The notes under the pieces were generated by a model that was given only the letters and a program-made list of their open reading frames with translations, searched no databases and was not told the origin of the DNA. A stretch of DNA of 63,749 nucleotides, the filler included, from Reticulomyxa filosa (Eukaryota > Protista > Foraminifera): the NCBI GenBank assembly GCA_000512085.1. It is 24 parts of 24 records of this genome, joined end to end, with 100 filler letters (N's around TTAATTAATTAA, not from the genome) between each part and the next. Parts side by side here need not be neighbours in the genome. Positions count along the whole stretch, not along the records: positions 1 to 7,780 come from ASPP01013873.1; positions 7,881 to 10,193 come from ASPP01028992.1; positions 10,294 to 11,555 come from ASPP01046093.1; positions 11,656 to 13,043 come from ASPP01014823.1; 20 more parts are not named here. One strand, 5' to 3'. Shown piece after piece: positions 1-12,496 of the stretch. The position numbers were made by a program, and so were the translations under genes. Within the stretch, counting starts at the first letter, position 1, and every line of letters begins with the position of its first letter.

Positions 1-2
1 TC

Positions 3-1154
3 GTCTTCTTCGTTTTCCTCCTCCTCTTCCTCTTCGTCATCGTTGTCATTATCATTATCATCATCATCATTATCACCGTCGTCATCATCATCATCGTCGT
101 CGTCGTCGTCGTCGTCATCATCATCATCATTTTCATTATCTTCCTCCTCTCCTTCGTCTTCCTCTTCCCTGTCGTTGTCATCGTTGCGCTGCTTCATACT
201 ATGCACATGCGATTTGCCAATGCGTATGGTCTTCGCGTTGGCATTACTGGCTTTTTTTTTCTTCTTTTTTTTCTTTTTGGCGGCGACGCCCGTCCTCTTT
301 TTGAGTTTATGTTTGTGAGGGTCGTCATTGGGCTTGCGCTTCGCATGCTTATGCGGATGCGCGGCCGAGTCGGATTTGTTCGTGTTATGATAATACGCAT
401 GCCATTGTTGCCAGTATTGTTTCAAGCTCTCATTGAAGTGATGGATTAGCGAGTTCCATTTTTTGTAAGAGCAGTACTCCTCGGTTTCGACTAGTCGCAG
501 CAGATCTTTGATCGTCGTGATCCCACTGCAGTTGATAATACCAACGAACAGCTCTTCATTGAACAAATGGCGCATCGTGTATCCCAAATGTAATGCCAGA
601 TCGTCCTTCCTTTTATTCGTCGAGCCTCCTCGCCTTTGTGGATGTGTCTTCATTCCGCTTGGACCGGCTCCTATGCCTGTATTAGTCCCTATTCCTGTTC
701 CTATTCCTATTCCTGTTCCTTGTATTCCTCCTCCTCCTCCTCCTCTTCCTTCTATTGATGTGCCATGACCCGATGGCATTGTTCCCAGTTTCGTCGACAT
801 GGGCTCCACGCCCATCGGCGAATTCCCTACGTTTGCGCTTGTGTTGGCGTGATTTGCTAATGTCGATGGGTAATATGAAACCAACAAGTGGCTAAACGAG
901 TTCGAACGGTGTGCTTGGAACGCCGAGTGAAGGTGGCTTCCTTCGCACGACAACATTTTGCTACACAACACGCTGCGAAGCAAATCAAATCCCATTGGCT
1001 TATTGTCATTCATAAACCAGTCCAACTGCGACACTACCTTCGATTCATTGTCTACTACCAACTGGGGAAATATTCGTAAAGAGGACAGGTTCAATAAGCC
1101 GGTTTCGCCTTCATCAAGCTCTTTTTCTTTTTTACTCTCGCTCCTCTCGTCCAT
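3..1154 (-). CDS. Hypothetical protein, 3' partial, with Gly-rich, Lys-rich and acidic low-complexity segments
   Basis: Open frame from ATG at 1154 (MDERSESKKEKELDEGETG...) to the window edge, ending in poly-D/E. Missing from the ORF track because it has no stop in the window. Confidence 0.7.
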   Translation of the reverse strand, partial: MDERSESKKEKELDEGETGLLNLSSLRIFPQLVVDNESKVVSQLDWFMNDNKPMGFDLLRSVLCSKMLSCEGSHLHSAFQAHRSNSFSHLLVSYYPSTLANHANTSANVGNSPMGVEPMSTKLGTMPSGHGTSIEGRGGGGGGIQGTGIGIGTGIGTNTGIGAGPSGMKTHPQRRGGSTNKRKDDLALHLGYTMRHLFNEELFVGIINCSGITTIKDLLRLVETEEYCSYKKWNSLIHHFNESLKQYWQQWHAYYHNTNKSDSAAHPHKHAKRKPNDDPHKHKLKKRTGVAAKKKKKKKKKASNANAKTIRIGKSHVHSMKQRNDDNDREEEDEGEEEDNENDDDDDDDDDDDDDDDDDGDNDDDDNDNDNDDEEEEEEENEED

Positions 1155-1729
1155 ATTTTATTATTATCAATAATTAAAAGCTCCATCTATCTCCTCCCTC
1201 TGTCTCGGTATGTGGTGCGACAAAAGTGAAGACAACACGTTTTGTTTGAATACTATTGAAAAGTCTGCTCAATGTACTCACTTTTCAAAAAATACAAAAT
1301 TATCCATGTGACTCATTTTGCATGGTCTGTTTAAAAACCATAATGTATTATTTTTTTTTAGTGCGTTCTGAAATACTCTATAGATCTTTTACAGCAAAAA
1401 CAAAGGTACTCCATAGCAGAAATACTCTTGAAAAACTCTAATTTTGATTATATTTGAAAAGTAAATTAAAATGCAACAAATGAAATAGATATGTTAACGT
1501 TTTTCACGTATAGTCGTCAGATCAAAAATAAAGAACTATTTGTTTATTCTAAACATGATTTTCTAGCACGGGAACATTTCTCCAAGGGTCATAGTATCGA
1601 TCGGTCTTATGATCCCATTATAAATCAGGAACACTTCTTAAAAATTTTTTTGTCAAGTTCTTAAGAGGGGCACTTAATTAATTTTTTGTACGACATTCTT
1701 AATTTCACGAGTCAAATCAATAAAAAAAG

Positions 1730-2332
1730 ATGTCGAGCGAACCAATTATGATCAAGTTGGTGTTGTTAGGAGACCAGAAAGTCGGAAAGTCATGTGTAGT
1801 GTTGAGATTTGTGAAAGACGAGTTTGACCCGTTTAAGTATCCAACAATTGGCGCAACTTATTTAGCCCAGTCAGTAGTATTAGGGAACCAGCAACTTGTC
1901 AAATTTGAAATATGGGACACGGCCGGACAAGAAAAATATCGAAGCTTGGCACCATTGTATTACCATGGGGCTTCAGCAGCATTGATTGTGTATGACATCA
2001 CCAGTAAAGAGTCGTTTGATAACGCAAAATGGTGGGTCAATGAAGTGCAATCCAAAGAAGGTAGCCATGTGGTTATTGCTTTGGCTGGAAATAAATTAGA
2101 TTTAAGTGCTAATCGTCAAGTTTCCACGTCAGAAGCACAACAATACGCTCAAGAAAATAAATTCATTTTCTTTGAAACTTCTGCTAAAAATGACACCAAT
2201 ATTAAGGAAATATTTAAAGCTATTGCTGAGGAGGTCCCACACAGACAAATTCCCACACAAAACCAAGGAGTTGTACTCCAAGAGGACACAAACACTGAAA
2301 GAAAGAAAAAATGTGCTTGTAATTTGTTGTAG
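1730..2332 (+). CDS. Rab small GTPase, Rab5/Rab22 group, intronless
   Basis: GDQKVGKS P-loop, PTIGATYL switch [29 protein letters not shown]-terminal CACNLL prenylation signal. Confidence 0.93.
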   Translation: MSSEPIMIKLVLLGDQKVGKSCVVLRFVKDEFDPFKYPTIGATYLAQSVVLGNQQLVKFEIWDTAGQEKYRSLAPLYYHGASAALIVYDITSKESFDNAKWWVNEVQSKEGSHVVIALAGNKLDLSANRQVSTSEAQQYAQENKFIFFETSAKNDTNIKEIFKAIAEEVPHRQIPTQNQGVVLQEDTNTERKKKCACNLL

Positions 2333-2996
2333 AAAAATCTTTTCAAAAACAAAAAAAGGGGCCAAGACATGGCGGGGAAATCCATACCATTTTATTTTTT
2401 TTGTCTCTCATTTTTTGTTTGTTTTCCTCCTATTGTGAAAAAATTGCGTGGGTCTCCTTAAGCAACTCCTTTTCTTTTTCCTCTCTCCTTCCCCATTATT
2501 CTTTCTTTCTGTTCCTTCTTTTGCAACTAACTAAAAAAATTGTTGTTAGTTTTTATTTTTTGTCCTAAAAACTTCCCTCTGTAAACACATTTTTGCGTGC
2601 TAAAAATTTAAGTAGACTATTTGTCGTTAAAGTTAATAACTAATGAATTGTACAATCTGCTTTAATTTTTTATTAAACTTCGATTTTTCATACCGGTTGA
2701 CAAAATTTTTATTCTTTTTCCATTAACAACAAATTTTTGATATATTTTTGTTAGGTGAAGTATCGCTTACAAATTTTTAAAATTTTAAATTTCGAAAAAA
2801 CTTGGTTTTATTGCAGAAAGTATTGCATCGGTTGCTTGAAAGAACCTGATGCACTTAATTTGTAATCCATCAATGTTCTCCAAACAAAAAAGTTCAATCA
2901 CTCAATTGGCTAACCAAAGAGTTTGAACAATTGACAAAAAAGAAAACATAAACCAAGTCGTCATTAGTGCCGCAATAAGTCAGTTCTTATTTGTTT

Positions 2997-3363
2997 TCAC
3001 ATTCGGATTGGCAAAAGGCCTTTTTTATAGCACAACTTGGACAAGGCTCGGTCTGCTTGAGCGCCAGATCTAACTTTACTTGAAAAGGCAAAGATTTGGA
3101 AATCTCCCTATTTTTTTTGTAATGCAACCACATTGCACAAACGATTAAATTTCGATTTTGCGTGACAAATAAATTTTATAAAAAAGTCCCTGTTTTTTGT
3201 TTTTTTTGCAAAGCCAATCAACTTCTTTATAATGTCCAGCATCGTTCAAATTTGCGACTTGAAGTTGAATTGATCCACGATCAGTCGATGGCAACAGTTT
3301 GTGAGTCCATGAGCATTTACGAGGGATGTATAATTCTTTATTTCTTGATTCTTTTTTTTCCAT
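2997..3363 (-). CDS. RPS21: 40S ribosomal protein S21 (eS21), two exons (3363-3223, 3107-2997), 83 aa
   Basis: LYIPRKCSWTHKLL..DRGSIQ motif; removing the GT..AG intron 3222-3108 gives GDFQIFAFSSKVRSGAQADRAL...stop. Confidence 0.88.
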
Positions 3364-3739
3364 ATCTTTCTAAATAATTTGTTCGACTGCAATTAAAACT
3401 TTGATCGCAATTAATTAGCAATGAACGCAACGTAACTTCTCACTTCAAAAAATTCTCGTTCAATTTTTTTGACGACAACGTCAAACGTTCTCTCAGTTCG
3501 AATTTGTGTAATTACATTTAAACTTCTGTTTTGCTCTACAAACCAAAATATTTTTTTAAATAAGACAATTCAACACTCTAAAATTGGCAGCTCAGCTACT
3601 ATGGCTCGGTTATTCTTATTGCAAAGGATAAGAATTAAACAGAGCCTGAGACTTTGAATGCAAAGAGTAAACACTGTGACATATAGGTTTGATTTGGTTG
3701 TGCTAGAGAGAACAAAAAAAAACTAAAAAATTTAACAAC
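3364..3739. promoter_or_regulatory. Probable bidirectional promoter between RPS21 and the PTEN-like gene
   Basis: Head-to-head ATGs separated by 376 bp; contains inverted repeat TTTGACG-ACAA-CGTCAAA at 3468-3485. Confidence 0.5.
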
Positions 3740-6700
3740 ATGACGAGCTGGCGTGAAGCATTAAAAAAGAAAGTGGCCGACGTGACCTCCTCAGAGCTGG
3801 GACAATCATTGTCTTCCCAGTTTTCGCAGGCCTTGGCTTCGACAAAACAAAGCGCATCTTCGGCGGTGGGCTACTTAAAGCAGCTAGCAGTAACAGAGAA
3901 TTCACAATATGAAGAAGCCGAAGAGTTAGGCATATACTATGTAACAACGCGTGTGCTAGCAATGCCGTTCCCAAGTCAAGAGACATTATTTAGCGACACA
4001 CCGCTGGAAAAGACTCTAGCACAACACCCTTTGGCAAACAAATTAAGTCATATGATTAGTGAATCGTCGGCAGAAAAGCTGAGCAAATTTTTGAATGAGC
4101 ATCACAAGGGTCGTTATATGATTTGGAATTTGTCCGAGATTACGTATGACGAGAACTTGTTAGCAGTAAGTTTTAATATGCAAAAGAGCTTGAGCAAATC
4201 GTAAGAGAAAAAAGGACGAGGGTCAGAAAGTGGGAGAAAAATAATGTCATTAAAAAAAAAAAAAGGGGGGGATTATTGAGTTTACATTGGAACAACAATG
4301 TCGAAAATATATTCTTTAATATTTAGATGTTTTCCAATCAAGTGATCGAATTGAAGTTCCCAGGCTATCCTGCTCTGCCATTGTATCAGATGTTTCATCT
4401 AATGACAAGCATCGATAGTTGGTTGAAAGTACATGAGAACAATGTCGCTGTTCTTCATTGTCAAGTGTGAAAACTAAAACAACCAAACAAATAAACCAAG
4501 TCTAAGGCAATGCCAAACTCATAAAAAAAAAAAAAAATATATATATGTATATATGTATATATGTATATATACATATACATATACATATACATATATAAAT
4601 AAAGACAGAAAAAGGCCGAACAGTGACAGCGATAAGTGCGTATTTGGCATGGAGCGGACAAAAAGACAGCCCGGCAAAAGCGTTGCAACATACTTGCACG
4701 GCAATGCATAGCACGATCAAATCACTGACCATTCCTTCGCAGACACGATACTTGGCCTACTTGACCAAAATGTTGATTAATCGTCAAAAGCCCAGGGAAA
4801 GATCTGTGTTTATTCAATCTATTATTTTGCATGGAATTCCTTATTTCGAAGTCGGTCCTCTAACTTCAACGTCGAGCACTCCTCGTGACAGTGATCAGCC
4901 AATATCAATGTCAATACCAATGTTAATACCAATATCAATACCAATGTCAATGTTAATGCCACTGTTAATGACAATCCCGACAACGATAACAATAACAATA
5001 ACAATATTAACAATATTAACAATGATAACAATGACAGTAATACACAACACGCGCCTTCTGATCAGGCCAACGACTCAAGTTTTATACGTGTTTCCTTTGT
5101 GTCATTAAAATACAGCCAAACTAAATAGGCACTATTTTGCCTTTTCGTCTTTGTGTTTGGATTGATAAAGAAACAGAAGAAGTCACACAAAACACTGACG
5201 CGAAAGAGAAAGAACACGAAAATCAAAATGTAAATGTAAATGCAAATGCAAATGAAAGCAGAAAACGTACAAAAAGGCAAAAACGTCGACCAACGAAAAA
5301 AGACTTGGGAATTCGCCCATACATACAAATATTTAAAGACGGCAAATCGATTTGGACTTCTCGCCAAAAGGCTCAACCTTTATCCTTTTTCAAACAATCG
5401 GATAAATCCATCCAAATACCTGTGCAGCAAGAAATTCAAGGGGATATTCTAATTCGAATTCGACACTTGTGCTCCGATGGTCGCACGAAAATTTCTGTCT
5501 GCCGATTTGTTACGTGATTTTTTTTTAAACAAATAATAAAACAAACGATTGGAATGAGTGGTCAGAAAATACAGGGAAAAAAAGGCTACGTTGCAATTTT
5601 TTTAAATATGCACTTACAAACAGGCATTTCATACAGGTTTCTTGGAAGACGATAGCGTAGTCCGCTTTAAACGATCGCAATTGGACGGTGCATGGAACAG
5701 TGACAGGTAAAAACAAACGACGACAATAATAAAAAGATCGTTGTATTTGCATTTTTATTTGTGCATATACATATACATATACATATATATATATGCCTTT
5801 TTGTTTTTTTTTTTGGGGTCCAGATTTGATCGTGATTTTATGATCGATATGGTAATATCAACAAACAAAGGAGAGAGTGAAGCTGACAACGAAGCGACTC
5901 AACGATTTTCGAAGCGCTTTTGGAGTGAGATTGAAAAACGTAGCTTGTTTCTGGAAAAAAATAGGCTATCAACGGATGAAAAACAAAGCGAAAGTGAAAA
6001 AACAGAAATGATTGAAAACGCAAATTTAGTAGCTGAAATAAAACAAAACAACAGTGAAGCAATCTCTCGTGACCTCCCAGAGAGTGAGACAAAAGCGCCA
6101 CCAGTCGTACAATTTGTTGTTGGGACGGTCGAAAATGAACATTTACATCCGGACAGCAGTAGCGGGGAAAACATGGAAGAAGATAATGACGATGAACCTT
6201 TCACTAAACTTGAAGACCATCATCAACCACGTGAGGTTCAACCAGGACAGACTCAACAACCGCATGAGATTCAACCAGGACAGATTCAACCAGGACAGAT
6301 TCAGAGCCATAGTGCTGCTGAGACCTATCTCCTTGCTACTGAGGCACCGCAAAAAGGTTGATTTTTATACGTTTTTTTGTTTGGAACCTGTTGCATCAAA
6401 AAAAAATACTTGATCTAATAATTACATAAATAAAGAACCCTCAAAAGAAGAAGTGATGGGGCTTTTTGAGGCACAAACTGACAGACAAGAAAAAAATGGA
6501 ATGAGTGAGTTGGATGATTTGGAAAAATTCGCTAATGGTTTGGACTTAGATAATGTGCAAGTCGATTCTGATACTGAACAATATTTTGAACAATTGACAC
6601 AAACACTTTCAAGCCATAACACCACAGTTCGTTTTTATTTATGTTTTATGCTCTTGATTTGAGAAATTTCACATTTGTTTCTTGAATTCCTTTTTTTTCC

Positions 6701-6779
6701 CCCATGCTCACAGACGACCTCGGCAAATGACGATGACACATTAAATTTGCTGGATTTTGTCCAAAACAAAAATACGTAA
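3740..6779 (+). CDS. PTEN/tensin-type phosphatase plus C2 domain protein, about 8 exons, apparent frameshift near 4898
   Basis: YVTTRVLAMPFPS, YMIWNLSE, spliced HCQ|TEKGRT (CX5R), TIPSQTRY; C2 segment QGDILIRIRH...CRF|AFHTGFL...LDGA. Confidence 0.85.
6236..6304 (+). repeat. Short coding repeat (TTCAACCAGGACAG; QPGQ units)
   Basis: Three copies of caaccaggacag in the PTEN-like C-terminal tail. Confidence 0.7.
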
Positions 6780-7274
6780 GTATTGAACTAATGTTTGTTT
6801 GGTCAAGTAAAAATAATTGCCAATTTAACACATTTTCCTCTTTAAATCACTGTTTTTTGTGTTAGTGTTTTGGCTTGGAACAAAACAATTTATATTCAAA
6901 TGTTATCTTTCACAATATTACTAACTTCAAAAAATATTTTGATTTTTAAACAAAATAATAATAATAAACTTCGCAAAGTAAAATGAAATTCTTTTTTGGA
7001 TACTGATAGAAAGACATACATGTATTAAAAGATTAAAAGAAGAGTAATTTATACTGAGCGTAAAACCAAAGACATTAGTTCATCATTCCTAACCTAGTGA
7101 AAATCTTTAAAATTGTAACCTGCAAACTGATGTATTATTCTTGAAAGGTTGTACATTAATACAATAAAAAAAAAGAAGGAAAAACCCTGTTGTATTGATT
7201 CAAGACAGGAGAAGATGACGGGGGAAAAAGAAAAAAAAATAATTGGGCTAATAAATAATATATAAAGGAAACGA

Positions 7275-7701
7275 ATGTGGTTTTTAGAATGCAAAGGGAT
7301 GAATCCATTTTATTTATTGATCAGGCATCGGGTGAATGAACAAGGTGAGCCGAAGCCGTACCAAATCGGACGAAAAGAAGGTGATATAATGTTTAAAGAA
7401 GATCGGATGGTATCACGGCTGCACTGTACAATTGAAGTGCTTATAGAGGCAGAGCATAGTCGGTTGATCCCCCCCGCGCAGCCATACAAGCCAACACTGC
7501 AACTGACTGATGTGTCTTCGTTTGGAACGAGAGTAAACCGTCAGCGAATCGCATCGAATCGAGCCCGAGTGTTGAGCGAAGGAGAGGAAATAGAGATTGG
7601 TCAAAACAAAATCTATGTGCGATGGGAGCCATTAGTAGTATGTATGTCCGGAATAAAGTCACCATTACGAGAAAAATTGTTCAAGCAAGTGCACGAATTA
7701 G
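7275..7701 (+). CDS. NBS1: Nibrin/NBS1-like, FHA domain and start of BRCT, first exon, 3' partial
   Basis: MW start, IGRK, SRLH, DVSSFGTRVN FHA motifs followed by EPLVVCMSG, as in the nibrin FHA-BRCT junction. Confidence 0.75.
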
Positions 7702-7780
7702 GTATTTGAAGAGTGTTCTTTTTGGTTTGTAAAATAGCAAATGATAGATCATGTCCATAAAAATAAATATATATGTATAT

Positions 7781-7880
7781 NNNNNNNNNNNNNNNNNNNN
7801 NNNNNNNNNNNNNNNNNNNNNNNNTTAATTAATTAANNNNNNNNNNNNNNNNNNNNNNNNNNNNNNNNNNNNNNNNNNNN
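7781..7880. other. Synthetic contig spacer N44-TTAATTAATTAA-N44, first of 23 (others start at 10194, 11556, 13044, 16009, 18155, 25837, 27135, 28393, 32517, 34859, 36387, 37770, 41234, 45534, 48175, 50885, 52401, 53522, 54696, 58225, 59775, 62206)
   Basis: Identical 100-bp units with stop codons in all six frames. Confidence 0.99.
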
Positions 7881-8815
7881 AAGACGAATTATCACAAAAA
7901 GTGGACTGATTTTGATACATTTATTGTATTTTTTAATATTTTCTTTCTGAAATGTATCATCATTTAGTTAGACAACTGACAGTGTCATTAACTAGTGTTT
8001 TTTTTTTTTCATAAAGAAAATCTTATATAACAATAAATTATTATTTTATAAAAAACATGAAAGAAACTATTGAAGTATTACAATTTTTGCTTTCATTACA
8101 CAAATGTATTTGTATTGCTTGAATCTGTTGTGCATCTTTTAAAAAATGTGTTATTTTACAAAACGGTTTGTGAAGAAATTGCATTAGTGTTGACAAATTT
8201 TCAAAGTAATAATTTATGTGAAACTTGCAATTGCATCACATCTGAGTAAAATCTTAACTCTTTGCAAGTATTACACTTCTCACTTTCTTAGAGTGTACCT
8301 CATTTAGCATTTGATTTTCCTTCAAAAGAATCATTAGCAACGAAGCGTTTCTCAGTTTTTTAGTTTTCATTTTTTAAATTGATTTTGCAAAGAATTTCAA
8401 ACACGATTTTTTTTTTAGCACGTATGAAAATATTGATAATAATAACAACAATTTCTCTTTGTCTTGTTTGTAGAATGATTTTGAGGAAAATGGGTAAAAC
8501 CGAAACAAAAAAAAAAGAAAGACAACAAGAAAAAGCATCAAACAAAAGTTGGGGATGTGGGGAAAAAAGTACCATTTATTTTTAATTTTATTCATTTATT
8601 TTACTTTATATTTATTTCTTTGTTGCACAATTTGAATAATAAATAAAGAGCACATGAACACTACCAAAGGAAAAATGTCGAAAGTTTGCGCTAAAATTGA
8701 GATTGGAAAAAAACAAAAGCAAGACAACACAAAACGAATGAAGACACGAATACAAACGTAATGCAAACACAAACATAAAAAAAAGAAGAAATTTTGTTTT
8801 GTTTTTTTTTTTTTT

Positions 8816-10160
8816 TCAAAGGCATCGGACCTGCTCATAAAACAGCATATAAGCTTGACATTTTTTGACAGTATCGGAGGAGACCGGTTCAACCAAGGTA
8901 TCGTCCAACAAGAACCATTGTTTTCCTTTTTTAACATAACAGGTGTAATGTCCAGTTTCCAAAGATCCCAAATGTTGGATGACGGCCTTGAGTTCATAAG
9001 TGGAGGGGATAAGATTAGGACAGTGTTTGAAGGAATTGGACATGAAAGGGGACATTTCCAAGCATTCATCAACGGGGAATTCAATCCAATGATCGATTTT
9101 GTTATGAACCGAGTTGTCGGAACAAAATTTGTAAGAAGACTTGGACGAATGGTCTTTTTGGGATTTGGTACACTCAAGCTCAAAGGGATCGTTGAATGAC
9201 AGAGAAGACTGGTGTTCATTCCCTTCGCTGTTGCCACTCAGTTTTTTTTTCAAAGTATCTTTTTTGCGATGTTTTTGTGAATCGAGTGGCAAGGTTGATT
9301 TTTGCAAAGTGTTCCATGAGTTGCCAGAAGTAGTTTTGCCAATTATTATTATTATTATTATTATTATTATTGTTAACATGAGTGGTACTTGAAGTACTAT
9401 TTCCACCACTCGTGGCATTTACATTGACCTTACCTCCGCCACCATACTCATCTTCAAATCGCTTCAAATGCAAAGTCAGATTTTTTGGCAGCTGCTCGAT
9501 GGATATGCGCTTGCTCATATCTTTGGGGCTTTGGCACTGCGGACATCGATAAGACATGATATTTTCGGCACTCACAAAATTTTTCAAACACTCTTGCAAA
9601 GTGTGACAATACATCCAACCATGTTTGGACTCCTTTTTTTCATTGGCTCCATTCGACAATGTATGCCTCAAATCTAATGACAAATCACAAAATGCCTCGT
9701 AAGTCGTATTGGTGTAGCTACACTTGCGGCCACTTGTCCCTCCATTGTTATTGCTATTATTGCTATTGCCGATGTTATCGCAACCATTGTTTCCACACAT
9801 AATTTGCGAGGCACTCACACCTTCAAAGACTTGATGGATCGCACAGCTGGAACAACACAAAGCTGTATGGATTTTATTGTTCTTTTTCGCTTCCTCCATT
9901 TTGTTATTCGCATTGGCACCGCCATTTGAATTCGCTGATAATGTCTTCATCAGTGATGTATTTGAGGAATGAATCATCGTGACCAGTTTCATATACAACT
10001 CATGGCAGTCCTGTTGGATGTGATAGTCCGCAAATACTTCACTGCACTCTTGAGACAACCAGATTTGATATACCATTTCTGTCACATCCATTGGATGTGC
10101 TGTTATGCCACAATACATTTCATTGAAAATGTCTTCCAATTTGCAGGTTATGCAATTCAA
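8816..10160 (-). CDS. Ubiquitin-specific protease (USP22/Ubp8-like catalytic domain), 5' partial, frameshift near 9341
   Basis: QQDCHE, YEAFCDLSLDL, LTLHLKRF, His box VIQHLGSLETGHYTCYV, WFLLDD, AYMLFYE, split over two overlapping ORFs. Confidence 0.88.
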
Positions 10161-11655
10161 TGATATTTGTCTATACTCTTTTTTTTTTTTTTTNNNNNNN
10201 NNNNNNNNNNNNNNNNNNNNNNNNNNNNNNNNNNNNNTTAATTAATTAANNNNNNNNNNNNNNNNNNNNNNNNNNNNNNNNNNNNNNNNNNNNTATCATA
10301 ATATTACTTTGGAATTGTCAGTGTTGTTTGATTTCTTGCACTATACATTTAAAAATTATCAATTAACTGTTCAAAATACTTTGACAGAATTTATTCAATA
10401 CGATATTGAAGAATTGTTACTGCTAAATGAAAATTATGTCAGTAATCACTTACTAATTGCTGCAGTGTCAATGTCTGACTTAAATGACTAATACAAAATT
10501 TCACACACACAAACGAGTAAATATATTGTACAATATATTGAATGTTGTTCTATAAAGAGCTTTTATTTTTTTTTAGACATATCCGACGTAGCAACATCTA
10601 AATGAATAAGAAAACATAAAACACATTATTTATTTTTAAAAGTCTAATTTTTAAGAACGAGACATTAAAAAAATCATTCTATGTGTGATGTTTTAAAATA
10701 TTCTGACTTAAAAAAAATACAAAAAACTTACTCAGTTAGCGAACAAATAATCTTGTTCATGAAAAGAAAACACTGTCAACAAACACAAAGTAATCCATTT
10801 TTTTCTCCTGCTCTGAAGATTTTCAAACAAAGGAGAATCAGATTTTGTACTATAAATATGTAATCTGTACAAAAATCAGTTAAAACATTTTTTTTTAGAA
10901 TATTAACGATTGTAAGAAATCTTTTTTAAATTGAAATATGTACTACAGAAAAAATGATATACTCTATCATTTGACTGAATTGGAAGAGCTTTTATTAGAT
11001 GATAATTAGTTTAATTTTAACACAGCATAAAGAAAATTTTCCAAAAAGCTTGTCTAGTTCCATACTCAAAGATAATATCATCGATCATCGGTTATTAATC
11101 ATTACCATAATCTTCCACATTCTTTTTTGACACCTGATGGAGAGTTAAATCTTTTTCCTGATCCTCTTTTGCAGTAAAAAATTTAAAATTTTTTGAAATC
11201 GTCAAAGTGATATTATAATTTGCTGCTAAGAAAAGAAAGGAAATATATGTTTCATAATGATTATAAATTTAATCTCATATTTAGTAAACAGTCAAAACAA
11301 ATTGCAGACTATTACATTTTTTTCTTATTTTGAGTGAATAAAGAAAAGGAATCCAAAATAATGAAAACAATGCAAATGTTTTGGATTAACAAAAAACATA
11401 AATATATGATTTATTCAGTTGACACATGCAACAATACTTTTGCCTTTGAAATACAACATGTTAATTCAATCCAAGTCAAAACTTGAAAAAAATGTTTGAT
11501 AAAAGCAAAAGAACTTTACAATCAAAAAATGAAAATCATTTTAAGTTTTCCAAAANNNNNNNNNNNNNNNNNNNNNNNNNNNNNNNNNNNNNNNNNNNNT
11601 TAATTAATTAANNNNNNNNNNNNNNNNNNNNNNNNNNNNNNNNNNNNNNNNNNNN

Positions 11656-11741
11656 ATGATCTAGCGCAAAAACGATGGTGCGGCGCAAGGTTAATCTTGT
11701 TTCAGACGTCGCAAGCTACTGTCCGCAGTGAATCAAGTCAA
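11656..11741 (+). promoter_or_regulatory. Possible FNR/Anr-like boxes upstream of ompW
   Basis: ATGAT-ctag-CGCAA (11656-11669) and GTGAA-tcaa-GTCAA (11728-11741) partly match TTGAT-N4-ATCAA; ompW is FNR-regulated in several proteobacteria. Confidence 0.3.
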
Positions 11742-11793
11742 TAAGCGGACAAGCGAGCGAACCACTTTGCTAGCTACCCGCTTGGAGATAAAC

Positions 11794-12387
11794 ATGAAAA
11801 AGCTTGCTATCGCCGCTCTGGCCACCCTGCTGACCACCAACGCTTTTGCTGCCCAAGGTGACATCCTGGCCCGCTTCCGCGTGACCAACGTGAATCCGCA
11901 GACTTCCGTGGACAAAACCTTGGAAACCCTGAAAGTGGATGTCAAGGATGACACCATCCCGGAAGTCGATTTCACCTACATGCTGACCAACAACGTGGGT
12001 GTCGAGCTGATCCTGGGTACCTCCAAGCACTCCGTGACCGCTTCCGGCAGCGAAATCGCTACCGTTAAAGTGCTGCCGCCGACGCTGACCGCACAGTACC
12101 ACTTCAATCCGGAAGGTCAGTTCCGTCCGTACGTTGGCGCCGGTATTAACTACACCCGCTTCTACGGCTTCAAGGACAAGTCCGCCCTGAAACTGAGCGT
12201 AGACAAGAACAGCTTCGGCCCGGCCGCGCAAATCGGTATCGACATGCCGCTGACCAAAGACGTGTTCCTGAACCTGGACGTGAAAAAGATCTGGATCAAA
12301 ACCAAAGTGAAAGCCGGTGGCGCCGATGTTGGCACCCTGGACATCAACCCGCTGGTTACCAGCGTGGGTATCGGTACCAAGTTCTGA
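11794..12387 (+). CDS. ompW: Outer membrane protein OmpW (bacterial contig)
   Basis: GGAGA RBS, signal peptide MKKLAIAALATLLTTNAFA, LPPTLTAQYHF, RPYVGAGINYT, C-terminal Phe. Confidence 0.95.
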   Translation: MKKLAIAALATLLTTNAFAAQGDILARFRVTNVNPQTSVDKTLETLKVDVKDDTIPEVDFTYMLTNNVGVELILGTSKHSVTASGSEIATVKVLPPTLTAQYHFNPEGQFRPYVGAGINYTRFYGFKDKSALKLSVDKNSFGPAAQIGIDMPLTKDVFLNLDVKKIWIKTKVKAGGADVGTLDINPLVTSVGIGTKF

Positions 12388-12407
12388 TCCCGGTTTGATC
12401 GCTGCGC

Positions 12408-12433
12408 AAAAGGGCACTCCGGTGCCCTTTTTC
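12408..12433 (+). terminator. Rho-independent terminator
   Basis: AAAAGGGCAC-TCCG-GTGCCCTTTT followed by further Ts, just after ompW. Confidence 0.9.
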
Positions 12434-12496
12434 TTGCCTGCCACCGGGTGGCTGGGTATGCTGTCCCCGTTTGATCTTCCGGATTGTTCACCCTAA

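Noticed and set aside
10294-11555. Coding potential in AT-rich contig 3
   Set aside because: Only short ORFs with no recognisable motif.
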